Of a DNA stretch of 64,000 nucleotides, positions 36,459 to 48,848 are shown in pieces (the stretch's first letter is position 1; every line of letters begins with the position of its first letter). Source of the DNA: Sphingomicrobium sp. Lineage in GTDB: Bacteria > Pseudomonadota > Alphaproteobacteria > Sphingomonadales > Sphingomonadaceae. Made by a program: the position numbers and the translations under genes. Under the pieces are notes generated by a model that was not told the origin of the DNA, did not search any database, and was given only the letters and a program-made list of their open reading frames with translations. The stretch is from assembly GCA_035701045.1 (NCBI GenBank), contig DASSOB010000018.1:4583-68582 (forward strand). Reading direction: 5' to 3'.

Positions 36459-37223
36459 GTGGGAGGGTATCTGGAATCGCTCGGCGCAGTCGAGGCACGC
36501 AGCGCGTTGGCCTGGTGGCTCGATGCGGGAGTCGACGCGGTCATCCAGGAAGAGCCTCGGAACTGGCTGAAACCTCCGAACCCATCAGGGACCGTCCCCG
36601 TTCGGGGACGGTCCCTCGCCGATCCCGGGACTGTCCCCGAACGGGGACTGTTCCAAGCCAACGCCTCGAACCTCACGCTGCCGAGCCAGGAAACGCTGAG
36701 CGAGCTGCAACAATGGCTGGCGAGCAGCGTCGAACTGCCTCTTGCGGGACCGAGCGCCCGGCGAATCCTCCCGCATGGCCCGGTGAATGCCGCGGTCATG
36801 CTGCTGAGCGATTCTCCGGCGCTCGAAGATGCCGCCGCCGGCCAGCCGATCGGCGGCGAAGCTTGGGAGCTGACCCGGCGGATGCTCGCGGCGATCAAGA
36901 TCGATGCGGATGAAGCGTACAGCGCTTCCCTCTCGTGCTTCCACGCGCCGGGCGCCCGCCTCAGCAAAGAAGATCGCGATTCCTGCGCCGAGATCGCGCG
37001 CCGCCACATTTCGCTCGCGCAGCCGAAGCGGCTGCTGCTGTTCGGCGATGGGCCGTGCCTGGCCCTTCTCGGCAAGCGCCTCATCGACGCGCGCGGCCAT
37101 ATCCACAAGGTCGAAGGCGTCCGCACCGTCGCCACGTTCCACCCCCGCCATCTCGTTAATCGACCCTTAGACAAGTCTTTGGCATGGCGGGATCTTCTTC
37201 TTTTGATGGAGGACGGGCGTTGA
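36459..37223 (+). CDS. Uracil-DNA glycosylase superfamily protein (family-4-like fold, non-canonical motifs)
   Basis: 254 aa. C-terminal domain VMLLSDSP...GRLIDARG...VATFHPRHL. The linker contains an in-frame palindromic doublet. Confidence 0.6.
   Translation: MGGYLESLGAVEARSALAWWLDAGVDAVIQEEPRNWLKPPNPSGTVPVRGRSLADPGTVPERGLFQANASNLTLPSQETLSELQQWLASSVELPLAGPSARRILPHGPVNAAVMLLSDSPALEDAAAGQPIGGEAWELTRRMLAAIKIDADEAYSASLSCFHAPGARLSKEDRDSCAEIARRHISLAQPKRLLLFGDGPCLALLGKRLIDARGHIHKVEGVRTVATFHPRHLVNRPLDKSLAWRDLLLLMEDGR
36588..36654. repeat. Inverted doublet of GTCCCC-N4-GGGGAC hairpins inside a coding region
   Basis: GGGACCGTCCCC-GTTC-GGGGACGGTCCC (36588-36615) has a perfect 12-bp stem. GGGACTGTCCCC-GAAC-GGGGACTGTTCC (36627-36654) is imperfect. 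The loops are reverse complements of each other. Confidence 0.7.
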
Positions 37224-38974
37224 AGACGGGATGGCTTGCGTGCGGTAGTCTTATCTGGGCGACACCCTTGCTTGCGCAGCCAGCCGCCGATCCGCTCGCG
37301 CCGCTCCCTACGCAGCCAATCACGGCGCAGCCCGTTGCGCGGACGCCGACCTGGTCTTCCGCACCGACGAACACCGCTGCACTCAAGGACTGGCGTTCCG
37401 TGTTCGATGCGATCGACGCCGGCGATTGGTCCGCGGCGCGCGCCGGGATCGCTGCCTTGCCTCGGAACGTCCTCACTCCAGTCGCCCAGGCCGAGCTCTA
37501 CACCGCCAAGGGCTCGCCGGTCGTTGATCTCGCCTCGCTCCAGGCGCTGATCGCCGAGGCACCCGAGCTTCCTGAAGCGAATCAACTGGGCCTGATGGCG
37601 ATCAAGCGCGGTGCGACCACGCAACCTTTGGTGGTCCCGGAAAAGCAAACCGTCTGGCTCGGCTCGTCGCCGGTTCGCTACAAGGCCAAGCCGGTTCAGG
37701 GCGAGCCGGCCGCCGACCAGCTTCGTTCCGCGCTCGATCCGATGGTCAAGGCCGACGATGCGGGCGGCGCGGAAGCCCTGCTCGTCACTCAGGGGCCGGC
37801 GCTCTCGGCCGAAGCGCGCGCCGAAGCGGGTACTCGGGTGGCGTTCATCTATTACGTCCTCGGCCTCGACATGGACGCGCGCCGTGTGGCCGATACGTGG
37901 CGCCAGGGCGCGACCGGCGAATGGGCCGGTCAGGCGGCCTGGATTTCCGCGCTCGCTTCCTGGCGCCTCGGCGATTTCAATGCCGCGTCCGGCGCCTTCC
38001 AGCAGACTGCGCAGCTTGCCAGCCAGCGCGAGCTTCGAAATGCAGGTTATTATTGGGCGGCCCGAGCCGAGCAGGCAGCGGGACGTCCCGCTTCGGTCGA
38101 GCGCCTGCTCAAGGCGGCGGCGATGGCGCCGGAGGCACCGGAGAGCTTCTACGGCCTGCTCGCGCGCGAGACGCTCGGCATGTCAACCACGTTGCCGCAG
38201 GACCCGTTCATCGGCTTCGATCCGCCGATCGATCAATATCCGAACGTCCAGCGGGCCATCGAGCTGGCGAAAATCGGCGAGCCCGGCCTCGCCGACCAGA
38301 TGTTGCGGCATCAGGCGCTGATCGGCCAGCCCACGGAACATCATGCGCTAATCCAGCTCGCGAAGCGCCTCGACCTCGCGGCGACGCAGCTGTGGCTCGC
38401 TAATAACGGCCAGTACGGCGCGCGCTCGGATCCCGCCGACCGCTACCCCAATCCGTCCTGGACGCCGGTCGACGGATGGCGCGTCGATCCCGCCCTCGCT
38501 TACGGGCACATCGTCCAGGAATCCGCTTTCAGGCGCACCGCTGTCAGCACCGCCGGCGCGGTCGGCCTGATGCAGGTGCTTCCGGTGACCGCTCAGCAGA
38601 TGTCGCAGAGCACCGGCGTGCCTTACACCCGCGCGAGCCTCACGGACCCGCGCTACAATCTCGCTTTCGGCCAGGGCTTCATCGAAGCGATGCGCGGATC
38701 GTCCGCGACGGCGGGCCAGCTTCCGCGCGTCATCGCTTCCTACAACGCCGGCCCGCTCCCGGTCGCGCGCTGGGCATCCATCAACGACAAGGGCGATCCG
38801 CTGCTGTGGATCGAGTCCATCCCTTATTGGGAGACTCGCTATTACGTCCCCTCCGTCATGCGGAACATGTGGGTTTATCAGGGGCTCAACGATGAGGACA
38901 CGGCAACGCTGAAGTCGATGGCCGAGCACCGCTGGCCGTCCTTCCCGGCAAGCATGACGCGCCTCTCCCACTGA
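37220..38974 (+). CDS. Soluble lytic murein transglycosylase (Slt70-like)
   Basis: TTG 37220 overlaps the UDG stop (TTGA) after GGAGGA and gives MKTGWLACGSLIWATPLLAQP. SLT domain: IVQESAFRRTAVSTAGAVGLMQV...YNAGP. Confidence 0.8.
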   Translation: MKTGWLACGSLIWATPLLAQPAADPLAPLPTQPITAQPVARTPTWSSAPTNTAALKDWRSVFDAIDAGDWSAARAGIAALPRNVLTPVAQAELYTAKGSPVVDLASLQALIAEAPELPEANQLGLMAIKRGATTQPLVVPEKQTVWLGSSPVRYKAKPVQGEPAADQLRSALDPMVKADDAGGAEALLVTQGPALSAEARAEAGTRVAFIYYVLGLDMDARRVADTWRQGATGEWAGQAAWISALASWRLGDFNAASGAFQQTAQLASQRELRNAGYYWAARAEQAAGRPASVERLLKAAAMAPEAPESFYGLLARETLGMSTTLPQDPFIGFDPPIDQYPNVQRAIELAKIGEPGLADQMLRHQALIGQPTEHHALIQLAKRLDLAATQLWLANNGQYGARSDPADRYPNPSWTPVDGWRVDPALAYGHIVQESAFRRTAVSTAGAVGLMQVLPVTAQQMSQSTGVPYTRASLTDPRYNLAFGQGFIEAMRGSSATAGQLPRVIASYNAGPLPVARWASINDKGDPLLWIESIPYWETRYYVPSVMRNMWVYQGLNDEDTATLKSMAEHRWPSFPASMTRLSH

Positions 38975-39020
38975 CTTCGTGGTTCTTGTTTTGTTCTTCT
39001 GATGCGCATATCGGGAAATC

Positions 39021-40091
39021 ATGCCGGTCGAATCGAGCCACGGACGCGGGGCGACCCGCAATCCCACGCCGACGCGCTTCAACCTCAAGGAACGCGTCGC
39101 CGACGGCGACTGGCTCGACCAGGTCGAAGCCCTCGATGAAATGCCGAAGCGCCGCACGACGGTGACCATCGAACACCCAAAGTCCATTCTCACCCGCAAC
39201 AGCTCGCCGGACATCGGCTTCGACCGGTCGGTGAACGCCTATCGCGGATGCGAGCACGGCTGCATCTATTGCTTCGCGCGGCCGACCCACGCTTACCATG
39301 ACCTTTCGCCCGGCATAGATTTCGAGTCGCGCCTGTTCGTGAAGCCCGGCGCGGCCCAGTTGCTTCACGCGGCGCTGTCGCGCCCGGGCTACGAGTGCCG
39401 CCCGATCGCCATGGGCACCAACACCGATCCCTATCAGCCGATCGAGGAGCGTTGGCGGATCACCCGCTCCGTCGTCGAACTATTGGTCGAAACCCGTCAC
39501 CCGTTCACCATCACGACCAAGTCCGACCGTGTCCTCCGCGACATCGATCTCCTGAAAGAAGCGGCGGACCTCAGGATTGCCTCGGTCGCGATTTCGGTGA
39601 CGTCGCTGGATCCCAAGGTCGCGCGGACCCTCGAGCCGCGAGCGCCGCAGCCGAGAAAGCGACTTGCCGCCGTGAAGGCGCTCAACGATGCCGGAATCCC
39701 CTGTTACGTCGCCATTGCACCTGTGATCCCGCAGATCACCGATCACGAGCTCGAGCATATCGTCGAGGCGGCGGTCGAGGCGGGAGCTCCCGGCGGCTTC
39801 TACCTCCCGGTGCGGCTTCCGCATGAAGTCGCGCCCTTGTTCCGCGCCTGGCTTGAAGAACATTATCCCGACCGCGCCGCCAAGGTGATGGCGACGATCC
39901 ACTCGCTCCGCGGCGGGCGCGACAACGATCCCAATTTCTTCAGCCGGATGCGCGGAAGCGGTCCCTGGGCCGAGCTGCTGAAGACTCGCTTTGAGATCGC
40001 GGCGAAGAAATATGGACTGAGGCAAGCCAGATTCCCGCTCCGCACGGACATGTTCCGCCCGCCCGAAGGCGACCAGATGCGGCTTCTTTAA
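39021..40091 (+). CDS. PA0069-family radical SAM protein
   Basis: 356 aa. CEHGCIYCFAR is a CxxxCxxC cluster motif. Confidence 0.8.
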   Translation: MPVESSHGRGATRNPTPTRFNLKERVADGDWLDQVEALDEMPKRRTTVTIEHPKSILTRNSSPDIGFDRSVNAYRGCEHGCIYCFARPTHAYHDLSPGIDFESRLFVKPGAAQLLHAALSRPGYECRPIAMGTNTDPYQPIEERWRITRSVVELLVETRHPFTITTKSDRVLRDIDLLKEAADLRIASVAISVTSLDPKVARTLEPRAPQPRKRLAAVKALNDAGIPCYVAIAPVIPQITDHELEHIVEAAVEAGAPGGFYLPVRLPHEVAPLFRAWLEEHYPDRAAKVMATIHSLRGGRDNDPNFFSRMRGSGPWAELLKTRFEIAAKKYGLRQARFPLRTDMFRPPEGDQMRLL

Positions 40092-40160
40092 TCGATCAAA
40101 GGCTGTTTTTTATCGGTAGGGCCGGGTGACTTGCTCCCCTCTCCTGCTAGGCGTTGCGGC

Positions 40161-41531
40161 ATGACAAAAGCACTTTTCGCCGCGCTGCTCCTCGCCGCCT
40201 CCGTTCCCGCCCAGACCGCTCCCGCGCCCATGCCGCTGGTCCCGGAACGGGTCGCTTCGCTGCGCGATGCCGCGCTCCACGACGACATTGCCTGGGACAT
40301 CGCCGAGGGGTTGACGACCGAGATCGGCCCCCGTCTCGCCGGATCGCCGCAGGAGGCGCGGGCGCGCGATTGGGCGGTCGCGAAGCTGAAAGCGCTCGGT
40401 TTCTCCAACGTCCGCATCGAACCCTTCACGATCGACGCCTGGTCGCGTGGGTCCGAACATGCGGAGATCCTCGCTCCCTTCCCGCAGCCGCTGGCCATCA
40501 CCGCGCTGGGCAACAGTGCCTCGACTGGCCCGCAGGGAATTTCCGGTGAGGTCGTCGGATTCGACACGCTGTCGGAACTGCAGTCAGCGCCCGATTCGGC
40601 CGTCCGCGGCAAGATCGTGTTCGTCAGCCATGCCATGCCACGCACGCAGGACGGCTCCGGCTACGGCTTCTTCGGCGGACCGCGCCGCCAGGGACCGAGC
40701 ATCGCCAGCGCAAAGGGCGCGATCGCGATCGTCATCCGCTCGATCGGCACCGACCATCACCGCAATCCACACGCGGGCGTGCAGACGTTCGCGCCCGGCG
40801 TGAAGCCGATTCCCGCGGGCGCGCTCAGCATCCCCGACGCCGAGCAGGTGCAGCGCATCCTGAAGCGAGGCCGCCCGGTCACCATGCGCCTGACGCTGGT
40901 GTCGAAATCCGGACCGGCCCCGTCCGGCAACGTCATCGCCGAAGTGCCGGGTCGCGATCCCAGCCTGCCGCCGGTGCTGGTCAGCGGCCACCTCGACAGC
41001 TGGGATCTCGGCACCGGCGCGATCGACGATGCCGCCGGCCTCGCGATCACGACCGCCGCCGCCAAGCGCATCATGGACGCCGGACGCCCGCTCCGCACCA
41101 TCCGCATCGTCTGGTTCGGCTCCGAGGAGATCGGCCTGTTCGGCGGCTTCGACTATCAGAAGAAGCATGGCGCCGAGCCGCATTACGCGCTCGCCGAGAG
41201 CGATTTCGGTTCGGACAAGATCTGGAAGGTCGACAGCAAGCTCGGCAAGGGCCGCGAGGCCGAAGCGCGGATGCTCCAGGCCGCCCTCGCGCCGCTCGGA
41301 ATCGTCCCCGGCTCGCTCGATGAGGCCGACGGATCGGACATCGAGCCGCTGCTTCGGGCCGGAATGCCCGGGGTCGGCCTCAGCCAGGACGGCACTTATT
41401 ATTTCGACGTGCACCACACGCCCGACGACACGCTCGACAAGATCGATCCCGAGACGCTTCGCCAGAATGTCGCGGCGTGGACGGCGATGCTCGCCGTGCT
41501 TGCAGGCCCGGTCGAACCGGATGCGAAATAG
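40161..41531 (+). CDS. M28 family metallopeptidase (secreted)
   Basis: Start ATG 40161 (MTKALFAALLLAASVPAQT). VSGHLDSWDLGTGAIDDAAG, FGSEEIGLFG. Confidence 0.8.
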   Translation: MTKALFAALLLAASVPAQTAPAPMPLVPERVASLRDAALHDDIAWDIAEGLTTEIGPRLAGSPQEARARDWAVAKLKALGFSNVRIEPFTIDAWSRGSEHAEILAPFPQPLAITALGNSASTGPQGISGEVVGFDTLSELQSAPDSAVRGKIVFVSHAMPRTQDGSGYGFFGGPRRQGPSIASAKGAIAIVIRSIGTDHHRNPHAGVQTFAPGVKPIPAGALSIPDAEQVQRILKRGRPVTMRLTLVSKSGPAPSGNVIAEVPGRDPSLPPVLVSGHLDSWDLGTGAIDDAAGLAITTAAAKRIMDAGRPLRTIRIVWFGSEEIGLFGGFDYQKKHGAEPHYALAESDFGSDKIWKVDSKLGKGREAEARMLQAALAPLGIVPGSLDEADGSDIEPLLRAGMPGVGLSQDGTYYFDVHHTPDDTLDKIDPETLRQNVAAWTAMLAVLAGPVEPDAK

Positions 41532-41599
41532 CGGAGCGCGTTAATTCGGAGCCGGAACAGCCGATCCGCGTTGGACCCTTTCCAAAAGGGAGAATCACG

Positions 41600-41854
41600 A
41601 TGCGCATCCTGATCGCCGTTCCGGCCCTACTCGCGCTGGGCGCCTGCAACGTCAGCAAGGACGGCAACGCCGTTACCGTCCAGTACGACCAGAACACCGC
41701 CGAAAACACGGTCGCCGACGTCTCGAACACCGCCGAAAACGTCGCCACGGACATCGGCAATAGCGTCGAGAACACGAGCGACAAGGTCCAGAACCGGCTC
41801 GACAACAGCGATTCGGACGCCAACGCCCAGGCGAACGCGACGCAGAACCAGTAG
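41600..41854 (+). CDS. Small lipoprotein with repeated N-T-A/V-E-N motifs
   Basis: ATG 41600 after AAGGGAGA. MRILIAVPALLALGAC lipobox. NTAENTVADVSNTAENVATDIGNSVENTSDKV. Confidence 0.6.
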   Translation: MRILIAVPALLALGACNVSKDGNAVTVQYDQNTAENTVADVSNTAENVATDIGNSVENTSDKVQNRLDNSDSDANAQANATQNQ

Positions 41855-41895
41855 CTTCCGGCCGTCCTACTTCGCTCCCGCGGGGCTTCGAAGGA

Positions 41896-42008
<113 letters not shown>

Positions 42009-42071
42009 ATGACCTGCCGCTAGAGCGGATCGTCGTGCTCGCCAATCCCCCGGATTGGCTGCGCGCGACGA

Positions 42072-42146
42072 TGGTGGGCCCGGCAGGATTCGAACCTGCA
42101 ACCTAGCCGTTATGAGCGGCCGGCTCTACCGTTGAGCTACAGGCCC
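42072..42146 (-). tRNA. Elongator-type tRNA with CAT anticodon (tRNA-Met or lysidine-modified tRNA-Ile2)
   Basis: GGGCCTGTAGCTCAACGGTAGAGCCGGCCGCTCATAACGGCTAGGTTGCAGGTTCGAATCCTGCCGGGCCCACCA. The G1:C72 pair excludes an initiator tRNA. Confidence 0.85.
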
Positions 42147-42190
42147 TCCCCGGCGGGTGCGAGATAGACGCGGGCGCGCCGCGCGCCAAG

Positions 42191-43711
42191 TCAGGCGCGG
42201 GGAAAGATCAGTGCGAGCGAATTCCGCGTAGAGACGAGGTCCGAGCCGGCGATCCGCGCCAGCCCGCGGACGAGACGCAGCGAAAAACCCTGTTCGAACG
42301 TCGGCCCGCCGCCGCCGAACAATTGCGCGTCGCTCAGCTCGGCGAGCTTCGCCGGCCGGCCGATCGACACGCGGCAATGCGCGCCGCTGAGCTCGATCGA
42401 CAGGTTCAGCCGCTCCCCGCCTTCGGCTTCGCGGACGACCGCATCCGCGAGGCGGTAGATCAGCCGGTCGGCGAGCTGTGGTTCGATGGCCGCCGTCTGA
42501 TGCCGCCCGCGCCTCGGCAATTCGAGGAGCACGCCGCGCTCGCCGCCGAGCTCCAGCAGCGCGGGCGCCATGCGCTCAATCAGCTCGGCGACATCGACTC
42601 GCCGGGTGCCGCCGGCCGATGAATGGACCTTCGCCGCGAAATCCAGATCGTCGATCCCCGTCAGCAGAAGCCGCGCCTGGCGAACGATCTCCGAGGCGCG
42701 CTCGCGATACGGCGCATCGGCGGGGCCGAGATACTGGCCCTCGATGATTTCGGCGAAGCCGATGATCGCGTTCAGCGGAGTCTTGATCTCATGGACCAGC
42801 TCGCGCAGCGAATCCGGGTCGGTGAGGACGTCATTCGCTTGCTCGGCGACGGGTTCCGGCGGCGGCTCGCGGACGGCCACGCCGCGATAGCCGCGAAAGC
42901 GCCCGTCGGCTGGGTCGAACGCGGGAACGCCGCTGATCTTCCACTCGCCCGAGATCAGCCCCTCGCCCGGGACGATCAGCCCGGCGTCGCGGAACGGTGC
43001 GCGGAGCATGAAGGCCCGGGCGACTTCCTGGTCGACTCCCCCGCTCGCCTCGTTCTGCGCGCGAGCGATCGAGCGGCCGATCAGAGCGCCGCGCGGCGCT
43101 CCTTCGACCCAGGCGATGTTCCCGCCGGCATCGCACTCCCAGCGGAACAGTGCCGAAGCACCCCCTTCCGTTTCGCCTGTCTCGGCGCCGGCCATTTTCG
43201 GCTCGCGGATGCGGCGACGCCGCTCGATCCGGGCGACGACGTCGTGCAGGGATGCGCCCATTGCCGCAGCCGGCGGCGTTTCTTCGCCGCTGTCGGCGTC
43301 TCGTTCCGGTCTGGCTGACACTTCGCCCCGAAGCTCTGGGTGAAGCGTTTCGATGAACTGCCTCGTTTCCTCGTCGGCGCCGGCGAGGAGCGATCGCCAT
43401 TGCCGGGGGTCGAGCGTTGCAGCGGCGAGAACCGGCGCCGCGACCGTCAGCAGGTCCGACGCGAAATATTCGAGAAGGCCGAGCGGCAACGGCAAAGCGG
43501 CGACCGCGCGGGCCGCCGCCGCGCGCAAATCCTGGTCGACGTCCCCGGCATCGGACCGGATCGTGTCGAGCGCCCTGTCGACCGTCGGACTGGCCGCTTC
43601 GTCGCCCGCGCGCGCGACGAGGTCGACCAGCTGCCGCCAGCGAACCGCCGAATCGTGACGGTTAAACGCCGGTTGATTGAGGACGGTCAGCAGACGATCG
43701 TCGAAACGCAC
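42191..43711 (-). CDS. Cytoplasmic histidine-kinase-like protein with an intact H-box and a degenerate ATP-binding domain
   Basis: 506 aa with a GTG start and no TM helix. H-box LVHEIKTPLNAIIGFAEII. In the C-terminal domain I cannot find the N-box Asn or the DxGxG / GxGLG motifs by eye. Confidence 0.7.
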   Translation of the reverse strand: MRFDDRLLTVLNQPAFNRHDSAVRWRQLVDLVARAGDEAASPTVDRALDTIRSDAGDVDQDLRAAAARAVAALPLPLGLLEYFASDLLTVAAPVLAAATLDPRQWRSLLAGADEETRQFIETLHPELRGEVSARPERDADSGEETPPAAAMGASLHDVVARIERRRRIREPKMAGAETGETEGGASALFRWECDAGGNIAWVEGAPRGALIGRSIARAQNEASGGVDQEVARAFMLRAPFRDAGLIVPGEGLISGEWKISGVPAFDPADGRFRGYRGVAVREPPPEPVAEQANDVLTDPDSLRELVHEIKTPLNAIIGFAEIIEGQYLGPADAPYRERASEIVRQARLLLTGIDDLDFAAKVHSSAGGTRRVDVAELIERMAPALLELGGERGVLLELPRRGRHQTAAIEPQLADRLIYRLADAVVREAEGGERLNLSIELSGAHCRVSIGRPAKLAELSDAQLFGGGGPTFEQGFSLRLVRGLARIAGSDLVSTRNSLALIFPRA

Positions 43712-43831
43712 GGGATTGTTGGTCCTCCAGACGCACCATCTTCGGCATGTATGCGACTGTTAGATTCGCGCTAAGAAGCTTCTTCTTAACCGCCCCGATA
43801 TGAGACAGGGAGGCGCGCTCGGTCCCGGACG

Positions 43832-43863
43832 AAAAAAAGGGCACCGACAAGCGCCGGTGCCCC
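43832..43863 (-). terminator. Rho-independent terminator of the TPR gene
   Basis: Minus strand reads GGGCACCGG-CGCTTGT-CGGTGCCC followed by TTTTTTT. Confidence 0.7.
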
Positions 43864-43888
43864 TCACAATCTCTGGCTGATTTGCCGG

Positions 43889-45154
43889 TCAGCCGTGCTG
43901 CTTGACGTAGATGAGCCAGAACTTGGCGATGTCCCCCCTCGGGCCGGTCACCGCGTTGAGCGCCGCCGTCGCCCCGGCCTTGTCGCCGCCTCGCGCAAGC
44001 GCCATTCCAAGGTGGAGGTTGGCGATGTTCGCATCGACCCCGGACTGTCCCAACGCCTGCCGGTAAACTTCGGCTGCGCGCGAATAATTGCCCATGGCCG
44101 CGAAGCGGTCGCCGATCCGGATGACGTTGATCGCGCTCGGCGAGGATTTGAGCGCTTCTTCGAGGTCGGCCGCGGTCGCCTTCGGCTTGGCCTTGATGCC
44201 GGCAAAGTCGTCACGGAAGCTCGGGTCGGACGGGCTGACGATCTTGGCGGCGACGCCGGCATCGAGGACGGCCTGGGCTTCGTTGAAGTTCGACTGATCC
44301 GCCGCCGACTCCGCGAACAGCCGGTAATCGCCCGGCGTAGTCAACGACCCCGTTGCCTGCATCAGCCGAAGCAAGTCCAGCGTTCCCTCGACGTCCTGGT
44401 GCGATTCGTTCCGGTAAATGGCGATTGCGTTGCGCCAGCTGTCCGCGGTCGGATAGGCCGCCACCCATTGCCGGCTGAGTTCGCCGGTAGACGGCAATTT
44501 CGCGTCATAAGCGATGCTGAGGGCGGTCTTGTACAGCGCTTCTTGCGGCTTTTGTCCGGCGGCAGTCTGAATTTGTATGGCGCGCTGGAAGGTCGCCACG
44601 GCCTCGCCTTTCTGCCCCGCGGCGGACTGCGCTTCACCGAGGTTGATCAGCAAATCGGCGCTTTGCGGATCGAGCGCCAGGCCCTTCTGGTAAAGCCCGA
44701 TCGCCTGAGATGCCTGCTTGGCTTCGTAGAAATGGCTTCCGACGGCCATGTACAGCCGCGCGACCTTGGCCGGCGATTCGTAGCCGGAAGCCGCGATCGC
44801 ATCGATTGCCGCCGCCATTGCCACATTGTCCTTGGCGGCAACCGCCGCCTTGAGACGCATGTTGCCGATCAGATAATGGTCTTCCTTCGTGTTCGCGACC
44901 GCGTTCGCCTCGGCGAGCTTCGCGGGAATCGTGGCGGTATCGTTCGCATCGACGGCTTTCTGCAGCTCGATCAGTGCCTTTCGTGCCTTCGATGATGGTT
45001 GGACGGAAGGCTTCTTGGACTGGTCCGCTTGATCCTGCTGCTCCATGTGAGTCGGCTGTTGGCTGGTCGGCGGTGCCGGGGTTCCATATTGGGCATAGGC
45101 CGAGCCCGCCGTTGCGGTGAGGACCAGCGCAAACGCCGTGGTCGTGAATTTCAT
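43889..45154 (-). CDS. Secreted TPR-repeat protein
   Basis: ATG 45154 after AGGAGA. MKFTTTAFALVLTATAGSAYA signal peptide, then several TPR units. Confidence 0.7.
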   Translation of the reverse strand: MKFTTTAFALVLTATAGSAYAQYGTPAPPTSQQPTHMEQQDQADQSKKPSVQPSSKARKALIELQKAVDANDTATIPAKLAEANAVANTKEDHYLIGNMRLKAAVAAKDNVAMAAAIDAIAASGYESPAKVARLYMAVGSHFYEAKQASQAIGLYQKGLALDPQSADLLINLGEAQSAAGQKGEAVATFQRAIQIQTAAGQKPQEALYKTALSIAYDAKLPSTGELSRQWVAAYPTADSWRNAIAIYRNESHQDVEGTLDLLRLMQATGSLTTPGDYRLFAESAADQSNFNEAQAVLDAGVAAKIVSPSDPSFRDDFAGIKAKPKATAADLEEALKSSPSAINVIRIGDRFAAMGNYSRAAEVYRQALGQSGVDANIANLHLGMALARGGDKAGATAALNAVTGPRGDIAKFWLIYVKQHG

Positions 45155-45410
45155 TCTAGGTCTCCTGACGGGGAGCATGACGCTGATGGAAAATGAAGGC
45201 GCTGCCTTAGTATCAGGAGGCTGGCGCGCCAAGAGCGGATAGGATTCGCGGACTGAACTGCGATTGAACCACCTGCTTCCATCTTCCCCCGCGTGGTTCC
45301 GCGCGCGCGTGCGCGCGGGGTGGCGCTCCCGGGTACAATGCACTACCTCGGTCGCCGGGGCGGGTTTTCTCACGCCACCCCGTCTGCGTCCCTAAGCACA
45401 GGATTGATTC

Positions 45411-48245
<2,835 letters not shown>

Positions 48246-48331
48246 CCGGAACGGCCGCTCAGCTGCGACGAGCCGCCGCAACCGAGGCGACTCGCCTGGC
48301 GTTTCTCTCATGAAACAGAGGAGGACCGTTC

Positions 48332-48796
48332 ATGCCCCTTCCCCACGATGCGCTGGTTCTGGTTGCCGACGGTCGCAAGATGCTGCTCTTCCGCAATCAT
48401 GGAGATCCGAGCCAGATCGACCTGCGCACCGAAACGCATGGCACGCGTGAGAACACTGAGAATATCGAAGCCAACTCAGACGCGCCGGGGACCAGCTTCC
48501 AGTCCTTCTCTCCTCGCCGATCGTCTTATGAGGTCACCGATGTCCACCAGCTGGAAGAGGATCGCTGGATCAAGGATGCGGCCGAGGAGCTGAAGAAGCG
48601 CGCCTTGCGCAACGATTTCGAAGCGCTCGCCATCGTCGCGCCGCCGAGGTCGCTCGGCGTGCTCAAGAAGAACCTGCACAAGGAAGTCGAACGGCGAATC
48701 GTCGTGACGGTGAACAAGGAGATGAGCGCGCGGCCCATTCCGGACATTGAGACGCTGCTCGGCAACGTGATGCAGGCGGAGCTCCCCGACGTCTGA
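48332..48796 (+). CDS. Host-attachment family protein (Host_attach-like)
   Basis: 154 aa: MPLPHDALVLVADGRKMLLFRNHGD...LAIVAPPRSLGVLKKNL. Confidence 0.65.
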   Translation: MPLPHDALVLVADGRKMLLFRNHGDPSQIDLRTETHGTRENTENIEANSDAPGTSFQSFSPRRSSYEVTDVHQLEEDRWIKDAAEELKKRALRNDFEALAIVAPPRSLGVLKKNLHKEVERRIVVTVNKEMSARPIPDIETLLGNVMQAELPDV

Positions 48797-48848
48797 GCCG
48801 CCGCCAGTCTTCACCATCGGCCATTCGACCCGGTCCATTCCCGAGTTC

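Noticed and set aside
48332-48796. The 'host attachment' gene as a marker of a virulence or symbiosis island.
   Set aside because: The name is historical. The flanking genes are gyrA, DUF488 and trmFO, with no secretion or adhesion genes.
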